From positions 1 to 56,589 of the IMG/VR virus record IMGVR_UViG_3300049893_000970: a DNA stretch of 56,589 nucleotides. One strand, written 5' to 3'. Shown here one piece after another: positions 9,665 through 17,395 of the stretch. The number at the start of each line of letters is the position of its first letter. The first letter of the stretch is position 1. The notes under the pieces are model-generated. The model searched no databases. It was not told the origin of the DNA and saw only the letters and a program-made list of their open reading frames with translations. The position numbers and the translations under genes were made by a program. The stretch comes from a virus (lineage: Duplodnaviria; Caudoviricetes).

Positions 9665-10398
9665 AGGTCGTGGCCTCGGCCATCGTGCGCAACGAGGCTG
9701 GCCGCTACCTCGACCTCTGGCTCGACCACCTGCTCGCGTTCTGCGACGAGGTCCGGTTGCTCGATGACGGCTCGACCGACGACACCTGGGAGATCGCATC
9801 GCGCGAGGGCGTGGCGATCACGGCGAACGAGGGTCCGGCGTTCTTCGAGTACGAGTCCGAGGCGCGGAACGCACTCCTGCGCTGGACGATGGAGGGCCAG
9901 CCCGACTACGTCCTCGCCATCGACGCCGACGAGTTCATCGGCGACACCGAGGAGCTTCGCAAGGCGGTGCTCGACGGCCACCCGGTCTACTCGCTCACCA
10001 TGCGCGAGGCGTGGAAGGTGGACGGCACCCGACTCGGCCTGCGCATCGACGGACTGTGGGGCGACCGCCGCTGCCCGATCCTCTGGCAGGCACCACGCGC
10101 GTTGCGCGGTAGCCGCTGGCAGATCCCACGCCGGAAGCTTGCGTGCGGGCGCGAGCCGATAGCAGTGCGCGGGCAGCGCGGCGTGCAGACGGGCATCGGC
10201 ATCTACCACTTCGGCTGGACGCGGGAGCGCGAGCGCGTCGCCCGAGCCGAGCGCTATTTCGAGCACGACCGTGGGCGCTTCCACGCCGATAAGCACCTCC
10301 AGTCCATCCTCTGGACGGACGAGCAGGTGAAGCTCCGGTGGGTGCGCTGGCCGACTTCGATCCCGGCGGCGGTCGGTGGACGAGCGACGGATTCCTGA
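9661..10398 (+). CDS. GT2 glycosyltransferase
   Basis: IVRNEA, LDDGSTDDT, IDADE, HFG. Confidence 0.9.
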   Translation: MKVVASAIVRNEAGRYLDLWLDHLLAFCDEVRLLDDGSTDDTWEIASREGVAITANEGPAFFEYESEARNALLRWTMEGQPDYVLAIDADEFIGDTEELRKAVLDGHPVYSLTMREAWKVDGTRLGLRIDGLWGDRRCPILWQAPRALRGSRWQIPRRKLACGREPIAVRGQRGVQTGIGIYHFGWTRERERVARAERYFEHDRGRFHADKHLQSILWTDEQVKLRWVRWPTSIPAAVGGRATDS

Positions 10399-10489
10399 AG
10401 GCAGTGGCTGCGCGCTGGCGGTGCTGGTCTCGCTCGCGCTGTACGCGATCCTCGCGGCCGTCATACTGCTGGTCGTGAAGTGGGCATGA
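10376..10489 (+). CDS. Small single-TM peptide
   Basis: 37-aa ORF with LAVLVSLALYAILAAVILLVV; stop overlaps the next ATG. Confidence 0.4.
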   Translation: MDERRIPEGSGCALAVLVSLALYAILAAVILLVVKWA

Positions 10490-10869
10490 GCATGGACGCG
10501 GTGAAGGCGTCGGCTGCCGACAAGCGAGCGCAGCACGAGGCGAAGCTCCAACGGCAGATGCTCGACTGGATCGAGGTCGTGAAGCCGCAGCGCGGGAACA
10601 TCCTGGTGCTGCGCCTGCCCGAGGACCGGTTCCTGACGCCTGGCACGCCGCCCGAGGAGGCGACCCCGGAGAAGGTCGGCTCGATGAACGCGGGGATGCG
10701 GATGCTCCAGACGCTCGCGGACAACCTCGACACGCTCGGCGTGCGCGTGGCCGGGGCGGTCATCCTCGGCGAGGGCATGACGCTGGAGGCGATGATGCCG
10801 CCGCCAGCGCCCGGTCAGGAGACGCGCCGCCAGTCGGGGCTGGTGCTACCGCCCGGGACGAGGGTGTGA
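10486..10869 (+). CDS. Hypothetical protein
   Basis: High-GC3 ORF, translationally coupled. Confidence 0.6.
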   Translation: MSMDAVKASAADKRAQHEAKLQRQMLDWIEVVKPQRGNILVLRLPEDRFLTPGTPPEEATPEKVGSMNAGMRMLQTLADNLDTLGVRVAGAVILGEGMTLEAMMPPPAPGQETRRQSGLVLPPGTRV

Positions 10870-11051
10870 TGACGCGACCCTGGAACGACCGACTGCTGAA
10901 CGACGACCACACGGAGATTCCGGTCGTCCGTCCATCAAGCTACGGGTACGCACAGCCGCTCGCAGGCCCGCCGTCGCGCAAGCGCAAGCGGCCGCTCGGC
11001 TTCGTTGCCCATCAGACGAAGAAGCCGCGGCGAATCCGCAAGCCGAAGTGA
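10866..11051 (+). CDS. Small basic hypothetical protein
   Basis: Coupled ORF with a K/R-rich tail. Confidence 0.5.
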   Translation: MMTRPWNDRLLNDDHTEIPVVRPSSYGYAQPLAGPPSRKRKRPLGFVAHQTKKPRRIRKPK

Positions 11052-11350
11052 TCCCGGACGTCTGGGAGTTCGCGCTGCTCGCGCTCGCCGCCTTCCGCGT
11101 GTGGAAGCTCGTCGGCGACGACGCGGTGCTCGACCGCCCGCGCGACTGGGCGCTCGCCAGGTTGGAGGAGCGCGCGGGCTGGCTCGACTACTTCATCACC
11201 TGCCCGTGGTGCGCAGGATTCTGGATCGCGCTCGCGTGGTGGCTGGCGTGGCTGGCGCTCCCATACGCCGCGGTCGTCGCGGCGGTGCCGTTCGCGCTGT
11301 CCGCCGCCGTTGGCTACCTCGGCGTGGGCATCGACCGCCTGGAGGAGTAG
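11048..11350 (+). CDS. DUF1360-like membrane protein
   Basis: LAAFRVWKLV..D and ITCPWCAGFW; located ahead of the portal. Confidence 0.75.
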   Translation: MIPDVWEFALLALAAFRVWKLVGDDAVLDRPRDWALARLEERAGWLDYFITCPWCAGFWIALAWWLAWLALPYAAVVAAVPFALSAAVGYLGVGIDRLEE

Positions 11351-11584
11351 CGGCAGGGACTTGACTTCCCCGTGGCAAGTGGCGGGATCGCTGGCACGCC
11401 CCGCGTCACCACCGGCTACCACGGCAATCCCAACGGCATCCGCTTCCGCGTCCTGAGCCTCGACGGCGAGCGCGACTGGTACGAGGGCACCGAGTTCGTG
11501 GTGCTCGCCTCCGCAGTGGATTGGGAGCACTGGAGCACGCGAGAGGAGGTCAATGCATGACGCGCAGACGCCATAGCCAAGCAC

Positions 11585-11611
11585 CAGCGACCGCCCGCGT
11601 GGCGGTCGCTG
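11585..11611. terminator. 11-bp stem hairpin
   Basis: CAGCGACCGCC-cgcgt-GGCGGTCGCTG; no U-tract. Confidence 0.5.
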
Positions 11612-11690
11612 CACTGTCGGGGGCTAGGCAACCGACCGCCGCGCGCTCTACGATGCCTGCGCTGACACCGGGCGTCGGAGGAGGTTCATC

Positions 11691-11840
11691 GTGGGTTGTG
11701 GCTGTGGGAAGACGAGGGAGGAACGGAACGCAGAGCGCGAGGCGCGTGCTCAACGCATCCGCGTAGCACGCGAGGAGGCATCGGCTCGTCGAGCAGAGCG
11801 GATAGCCGCGGCGAAGGCCGCTCAGACGAAGGCGGCGTAG
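11691..11840 (+). CDS. 49-aa protein MGCGCGK... (below the ORF-track cutoff)
   Basis: Strong SD GGAGGAGG before the GTG; stop 3 nt before the portal ATG. Confidence 0.7.
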   Translation: MGCGCGKTREERNAEREARAQRIRVAREEASARRAERIAAAKAAQTKAA

Positions 11841-11843
11841 CTG

Positions 11844-13745
11844 ATGGCCACTCGCGCCGCCCGCAAACCACGCGAGCGCGGCATCACCATGATGGTGCCG
11901 AAGGCGATCACCGCGTCCGCTGCTCGCGCGACGTCGCTGCCGAAGGCGAACTCATCGTCCCGCACGCCGCAGTGGCAGATGGACGCGCTCGCCTACTACG
12001 ACCAGATCGGCGCGGTCCGCTACGCCGCTCAGTTCGCCGCCCGCACGCTTGCCAAGCTCCGCTGGTACCCCGCCGTCCGCGACGAGAACGGCGAGGTCAC
12101 CGAGTCCGACGACGACACGCTCACCAGCCTGTTCGAGCGCGTGCAGGATCCGGGTGGTGGGCGGTCGATGATGTTCGCCACCTTCGGACAACTCGACTTC
12201 CTCTGCGGCGAGTGCTACCTGCTCTGGTCGCAGGCGGATCCCGAGGAGCCGGACTCCGAGGAGACGTGGGAGATCGTCTCCACGCTGGAGATGCGCAAGC
12301 AGGGCAAGAAGGGCGGGCAGCCGCTCTGGCACCGCATCACCGCCCCCGGGCTGACGCCCCAGGAACTCGTGGAGGCGGACGACGAGGACTTCGAACCGGT
12401 GGGCGACAACGTGCTCGTCTACCGCTGGTGGCGTCGGCATCCGGCGTACTCGCAGATGGCCGACTCGCCCATGCGCTCCGTGCTCGCCGAGTGCGAGGAG
12501 ATCGTTCGCTCGACGCACTCGATCAACGCCCGTCTGATCTCGCGCCTCGCCGGGCCGGGCATCCTGGCCATCCCCGCCTCCTGGTCGCTGAAGCCGCTGC
12601 AGCAGGTCGTCGGCGAGGAGAACCCGGAGGAGGATCCGTTCCAGGCGCGGCTGACCACGGCGATGATCACGGCCATCTCGAAGCCGGGCAGCGCGGAGTC
12701 CGTCGCTCCCATCGTGATCCGCGTCCCCGACGAGCAGACAGACCGCGCGCACCTCTACAAGATTTGGGAGCCGAGCGAGGTCATCCGCGAGCTAGAGCTT
12801 CGGGAGAAGGCGCTCCAGCGCTTCGCAGTCGGCGTGGACATGCCGCCCGAGAAGGTGATGGGCCTCTCCACGTCCGGCACGCAGCACTGGAACGCGTGGA
12901 TGGTCGATGAGGACGCGTGGGCGCACATCGACCCGGTGGCGCAGGCGCTCGCCGACAACCTGGCGTCGAGCTACCTACGCCCGGCGGCGAAGGACGAGGG
13001 CTTCGCCGACTGGCAGTCCGTCACGGTCGGCTACGACCCGGCAGCGGTACTCGCCAACCCGGACGGGTTCGCCGACGCACTCAAGATGTACGAGGCGCGG
13101 GCAGTCGGGAAGGCGTACCTGCGGGCAGCCGGGAACGCGCAGGACAAGGACGCCATGACCGACGAGGAACTGGAGGAGTCGCTGTTCGTCGCCACGCACA
13201 TCCAGGTCGACGTCTCGAACGGCGCGATGGGGGAGCCGCAGGCCCGTCCGACGATCACGCCCGTGCCCGCGACCGAGCAGCAGCCGCCGACTCCGAACGG
13301 TCGCCCGCCGACCGGCGAGGACACGCCTCGCGCGGCCCCGGCTCCACCCGATGGGATGAACGCCTCCGCGTACCTCATCCTCGGTGCAGCCACGGCCACC
13401 CTGGAGGAGATCCGCTCGCGCGTCGGCACGCGGTTGCGGAACCACCTGCAAGGCCGTTGCCAGGAGTGCCTCGCCGCCGTGGACGGCGTCCGCTCAGGGC
13501 TGGTGGCAGCCACGCTTGGTCCCGAGCGGGTACTGGAACACGGCCCCGACCTCGTCGGCCTCGTCATCGACGGCGGGCGCAACTTCGTGGAGGCGGCGAC
13601 TCGCATGGGCGTCAGCTACACGCAGGCGCAGGCGCTAGCCGAGGTGCTGGAGATGCACGCGATCTCGACCATCTACGAGCGCACGCCGGACCTCCCGGCT
13701 GGCTTCCTGGGTCGGGTGAAGGCACTCAGCGGAGTGGCTGCATGA
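11844..13745 (+). CDS. Portal protein
   Basis: 633 aa; position; RLISRLAGPGIL, MPPEKVMG and HWNAW segments resemble actinophage portals. Confidence 0.85.
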   Translation: MATRAARKPRERGITMMVPKAITASAARATSLPKANSSSRTPQWQMDALAYYDQIGAVRYAAQFAARTLAKLRWYPAVRDENGEVTESDDDTLTSLFERVQDPGGGRSMMFATFGQLDFLCGECYLLWSQADPEEPDSEETWEIVSTLEMRKQGKKGGQPLWHRITAPGLTPQELVEADDEDFEPVGDNVLVYRWWRRHPAYSQMADSPMRSVLAECEEIVRSTHSINARLISRLAGPGILAIPASWSLKPLQQVVGEENPEEDPFQARLTTAMITAISKPGSAESVAPIVIRVPDEQTDRAHLYKIWEPSEVIRELELREKALQRFAVGVDMPPEKVMGLSTSGTQHWNAWMVDEDAWAHIDPVAQALADNLASSYLRPAAKDEGFADWQSVTVGYDPAAVLANPDGFADALKMYEARAVGKAYLRAAGNAQDKDAMTDEELEESLFVATHIQVDVSNGAMGEPQARPTITPVPATEQQPPTPNGRPPTGEDTPRAAPAPPDGMNASAYLILGAATATLEEIRSRVGTRLRNHLQGRCQECLAAVDGVRSGLVAATLGPERVLEHGPDLVGLVIDGGRNFVEAATRMGVSYTQAQALAEVLEMHAISTIYERTPDLPAGFLGRVKALSGVAA

Positions 13746-16159
13746 CGCCAGCGCAACTGAACGCGATCACGGCGCAGGTCGCAGAGGACCTCGCCGACGC
13801 CCACGAGCCGCTGGCGGCCGCGTACGAGCGCATCCTGCGCGGCGCAGGGCGGAGGATGGCCAGACGACTGCGCGCGCGCGCGGTGGCGCTCACGGCGGCT
13901 CTGGTGCCGCCTGACGAGGACGAGGTCGTCCCTGACCTGCAGACACAGATCGACAGGCAGACGCGGCGCGAGCGCGACGCGCTGATCCGGATGCTGGCGG
14001 CGGCGTACGAGGCGCACGAGATCGCCTGGGACATCCACGGCAACTTCACGGCGGAGCTTCTGGAGAAGGTAGGAGCGCACGCGAGCTTCGCCGTCGACGC
14101 CGAACTGCGTGCCGTCTACCGCGACGTGATCCAGGCGGCAGCAGAGGAGGGACTCAGCATCCCGCACACCGCCCGTGAGATCGTCAGCGCCGTGGACGGG
14201 CTGGCCGGATACCGGGCGACCGCCCTGGCGCGCACGGACATGATCGGGCTGGCGAACGGCGCGAGCCAGACGGCGGCGACCGAGGCCTTCGCCGGACGCG
14301 AGGACGTGACGAAGGTGTGGCTGGCGACCGACGACGAGCGGACACGCGAGACGCACGTCGAGGCGAACGGCCAGGAGGTCTCGCTCAACGAGTTCTTCGA
14401 CGTGGGCGGCTACGAGATGCTCTACCCGGGCGACCCGGACGGGCCGGACGAGGAGGTCATCAACTGCCGCTGCACGGTCATCTACTCGGGCGGCGGCGGT
14501 GCGCAGGAGGAGGAGGCAGCGACTGCAACGGCCTCTGCCGTCCGTCCTGATGCCTACGCTGCCGAGACGGTGCCCTGGCACATCGAGGAGAACCACACCG
14601 GCTGTCCAGACGGGCGGCCGTTCGCTGTCGTCAAGGATGACGACGGCGAGGTCGAAGGCTGCCACGCAACCCGAGCGGAGGCCGCCATCTGGTCGTTCGA
14701 GGCGCTGTACGCACAGGAGGCTGACATGAGCACAACTGCGGCAGAACCCCTGGCGGTCACGATCACCGTCGAGGACGACTCACACCCGAACCTGACGGAG
14801 GCGCGACGGCGCACCCCGTGGGAGGGCATCCTTGCCATCGCCGGATCGCCTACCAGCGATGGCCGCTACCTGATCCCTGGGGAGATCGGCCAGCGCGACC
14901 TGCCGCTGCCGCTCGCTGCCAGCCACGAGGACCAGCACGCCACCGAGACGGTCGGTCGCATCGAGGTCATCGAGCACATCTCGCTGGCGGACTTCGAGAA
15001 GGAGGGCTGGACGCTTCCGGACGACCTGCCCGCTCAGGCGGTCGTGATCTGGGGCGAGGGCACCTTCGACGGGTCGCCCGCAGCAGACGACGCGCTGCGC
15101 GCGCTGGAGAACGGTGTCGGCGTCAGCCTCGACCTGCCGATGGACAGGCAGGCGCTCATCGACGCGACCACCTTCGAGGAGGTGGATCCGCGCACGCTGG
15201 ACGACGAGGTCATGCTCGGGCTGATGTTCGGGATGGTGCCCGAGGGCTACCTGCGCGGGATCGCGGGGAAGATTGGCGGGCTGTCGCTGGCGAGCATCTC
15301 AGCGTTCGAGGAGACGACGATCCGCATCACGGACTCGACGGCGGTCGTCGCGTCCGGTTTCGCTCTGAGAACGCGCGACCTCGGCACGAGCATCGGCGGT
15401 CTGGAGTACGCGGAGGATTCGATCCAGCTACCGCTCGTCGCCAGCGCCGCTCCCCTGGAGCCGCCGCGCGAGTGGTTCTTCATGGACGAGCCGGACGAGC
15501 CGACGCCCATCACGATCACTGCGGACGGCAGGGTCTACGGGCACCTCGCGCTCTGGAACACGTGCCACGCCGGGCGCGCGAACGGGGCGTACTCGTCCTG
15601 CATGTTCGCGCCGCACTCGCCCTCGGGCTACAAGCAGTTTCACCTCGGCGCGATCCTCTGCGACGACGGATCCGAGGTCGCCATCGGCCGCATGACCATC
15701 GGCACCGGGCACGCCCCGCTGCACCTGAACGCGGCGGCTGCTCGTCGCCACTACGACCACTCCGGCACCTGCGTCGCGTTCGTGCGGGCGAAGGACGGGG
15801 TGTTCGGGATCTGGATCTGCGGCACGCTGAAGTCCGACGCCACCGCCGAGGCGATTCGGGACCTGCGGGCCTGCCCGCCCTCGGGCGACTGGCGCGCGGT
15901 GGACGGCACGCTGGAGCTACAGGCGGCGCTCGCCGTCAACGTGCCCGGCTACGCAGTCCCGCGCTCGCAACTCGCGCTCGCTGCGAGCGGCGACGTGCTG
16001 GACATCGCCACGCTGATCCTGAGCGCTCCGGACGAGAAGGACATGCACGAGGCGATGCGCGCAGAACACGCACTGCTCGACGTGGACATGCTCGTCGAGA
16101 TGGGCGCTGCAGGCGGCCCGTTCGTGACGAAGATCGCTCGCTCGCTCGCCGCCAAGTAG
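13742..16159 (+). CDS. Mu gpF-like minor head protein fused to putative capsid maturation protease (internal SD-led ATG at 14726)
   Basis: KVWLATDDERTRETH...PGDP...INCRC; downstream GRVYGHLALW..CH and SGDWR motifs. Confidence 0.8.
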   Translation: MTPAQLNAITAQVAEDLADAHEPLAAAYERILRGAGRRMARRLRARAVALTAALVPPDEDEVVPDLQTQIDRQTRRERDALIRMLAAAYEAHEIAWDIHGNFTAELLEKVGAHASFAVDAELRAVYRDVIQAAAEEGLSIPHTAREIVSAVDGLAGYRATALARTDMIGLANGASQTAATEAFAGREDVTKVWLATDDERTRETHVEANGQEVSLNEFFDVGGYEMLYPGDPDGPDEEVINCRCTVIYSGGGGAQEEEAATATASAVRPDAYAAETVPWHIEENHTGCPDGRPFAVVKDDDGEVEGCHATRAEAAIWSFEALYAQEADMSTTAAEPLAVTITVEDDSHPNLTEARRRTPWEGILAIAGSPTSDGRYLIPGEIGQRDLPLPLAASHEDQHATETVGRIEVIEHISLADFEKEGWTLPDDLPAQAVVIWGEGTFDGSPAADDALRALENGVGVSLDLPMDRQALIDATTFEEVDPRTLDDEVMLGLMFGMVPEGYLRGIAGKIGGLSLASISAFEETTIRITDSTAVVASGFALRTRDLGTSIGGLEYAEDSIQLPLVASAAPLEPPREWFFMDEPDEPTPITITADGRVYGHLALWNTCHAGRANGAYSSCMFAPHSPSGYKQFHLGAILCDDGSEVAIGRMTIGTGHAPLHLNAAAARRHYDHSGTCVAFVRAKDGVFGIWICGTLKSDATAEAIRDLRACPPSGDWRAVDGTLELQAALAVNVPGYAVPRSQLALAASGDVLDIATLILSAPDEKDMHEAMRAEHALLDVDMLVEMGAAGGPFVTKIARSLAAK

Positions 16160-16217
16160 CCGGGCGACCGTTCCCCTGGTGCGGCTCCCCCGCCGCCCCT
16201 CCCCAGCGGTCGCCCGG
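16160..16217. terminator. Inverted repeat after the protease gene
   Basis: CCGGGCGACCG ... CGGTCGCCCGG. Confidence 0.5.
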
Positions 16218-16223
16218 TCCCAC

Positions 16224-16265
16224 TTGACTTCCTCCGCACGAGTGGTAGATTACGGAGTGCCATGA
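16224..16265 (+). promoter_or_regulatory. Sigma70-type promoter, repeated family copy 1
   Basis: TTGACT-N16-TAGATT with extended -10 TG, followed by GAGTGCCATGA. Confidence 0.75.
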
Positions 16266-16557
16266 CGGACACGACCACAGAGGAGACGACGATGAAGGTG
16301 AGCTCCACCGGACGAACGCGAAGCCCGAGCGCACCAGCGTGATCGGCAAGCCCATCGACCTCCCGCGCTACGACGTGATGATCGACGGCGAGAAGGTCGG
16401 CGAGGTCTACGCCGCCCTCAGCCGCGAGAGCAGGCACTACAGCAGCGGAAGCGTGAAGCTCTGGTACGGACGGATCGGGGGCAGGAGCCTCGGAGCCGGG
16501 TACAACTCGAAGAACGACGCACGCGACGCCTTGGTCGAGAGGGTGGTGGCCGCCTGA
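16262..16557 (+). pseudogene. Small hypothetical gene, apparent 1-nt frameshift near 16300
   Basis: SD-led ATG 16292 (MKV) is out of frame with ELHRTNAKPERTSVIGKP...; one extra base would restore it. Confidence 0.5.
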
Positions 16558-17174
16558 GAATCAGCACAGCCATCCAGCACCATCCGACGCGCCTCCTCCC
16601 GGAGGCGCTTCGACGGTACGAGGTCGTGGACGATCCCGATCCCGATGGGCAGCCGAGTGCGATCCGCACGTACGTCGAGTGCCTGCGGCGCACGCCAGCG
16701 GACGCGACGCACCGGATCGTGCTGCAGGACGACGTGGAGCTTGTCGCAGGGTTCGACGAGCGCGCGCAGGCGGCGCTGGCGGAGCACCCGTCCTCGCTGG
16801 TCGCGTTCTTCGTTCCCGGCATGGGCCTCGTTGGCAGGTGGGTTCGGGAGGCGGCGAAGGCGGGTAAGCGGTGGTGCCAACTTCCGAGCAGCATGAACTG
16901 GACGCCCGTGGTGGCTCTTTCGTGGCCTCGGGAGTTGGCCCAGGAGTTCGTCCCGTTCGCCGAGGCGCACGTCGCGGCGCGAGCACGTCGGCGCGTCGGG
17001 ACGGTCGGTGACGATCCGGTGGTGGGCGCGTTCGTGCGCGCGCACAAGCTGCCCGTGTGGGCGACCGTGCCCTGCCTCGTCCAGCACCCGGACTTGGTGC
17101 CGAGCCTGGTCAAGCGGCGCTCATACGGCGGCACGAACCCGGCCCGACGCGCAGCCGTGTTCGTGGACGACTAG
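16554..17174 (+). CDS. Glycosyltransferase-like protein (probable CTG start)
   Basis: ISTAIQHHPTR, THRIVLQDD, GDD, PCLVQH; GT-A-like. Confidence 0.7.
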   Translation: MRISTAIQHHPTRLLPEALRRYEVVDDPDPDGQPSAIRTYVECLRRTPADATHRIVLQDDVELVAGFDERAQAALAEHPSSLVAFFVPGMGLVGRWVREAAKAGKRWCQLPSSMNWTPVVALSWPRELAQEFVPFAEAHVAARARRRVGTVGDDPVVGAFVRAHKLPVWATVPCLVQHPDLVPSLVKRRSYGGTNPARRAAVFVDD

Positions 17175-17184
17175 CCTTCGTGCT

Positions 17185-17256
17185 CGCGGGGTAGTGCAGC
17201 GGCCAGCACGCCGGTCTCATGCGCCGGAAGCGCGGGTTCGAGTCCCGCCCCCGCTA
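17185..17256 (+). tRNA. tRNA with CAT anticodon (Met/fMet-like or Ile2); CCA not encoded
   Basis: Full cloverleaf: CGCGGGG/CCCCGCT, GTGC/GCAC, CCGGT-CTCATGC-GCCGG, GCGGG-TTCGAGT-CCCGC. Confidence 0.88.
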
Positions 17257-17263
17257 CTTCGGA

Positions 17264-17292
17264 TTGCATCCGTCTGCCGCGTGGCCTACGAT
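17264..17292 (+). promoter_or_regulatory. Putative capsid-gene promoter TTGCAT-N17-TACGAT
   Basis: Consensus-like spacing; TACGATGC also occurs at 11649 upstream of the portal operon. Confidence 0.5.
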
Positions 17293-17395
17293 GCTGGCAA
17301 CACGGGCAGATCCGAGCGGGTCTCCTGAGCCAGCGGTACGTCCAAGCGGGCACCGCGAAGTCGTGTAAGCCAACTGCTTCGTGGGAGGACCAAGC

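Noticed and set aside
11372-11560. 62-aa ORF behind the degenerate promoter
   Set aside because: Its 3' half looks coding but the start and SD are unconvincing; possibly a remnant.
12917-13741. N-terminal 275 codons of the 1080-aa ORF
   Set aside because: Overlaps the portal in another frame; the real start is the ATGA-coupled ATG at 13742.
17185-17256. tRNA as an attP site
   Set aside because: No integrase was recognised and the tRNA is full length rather than a 3' fragment.
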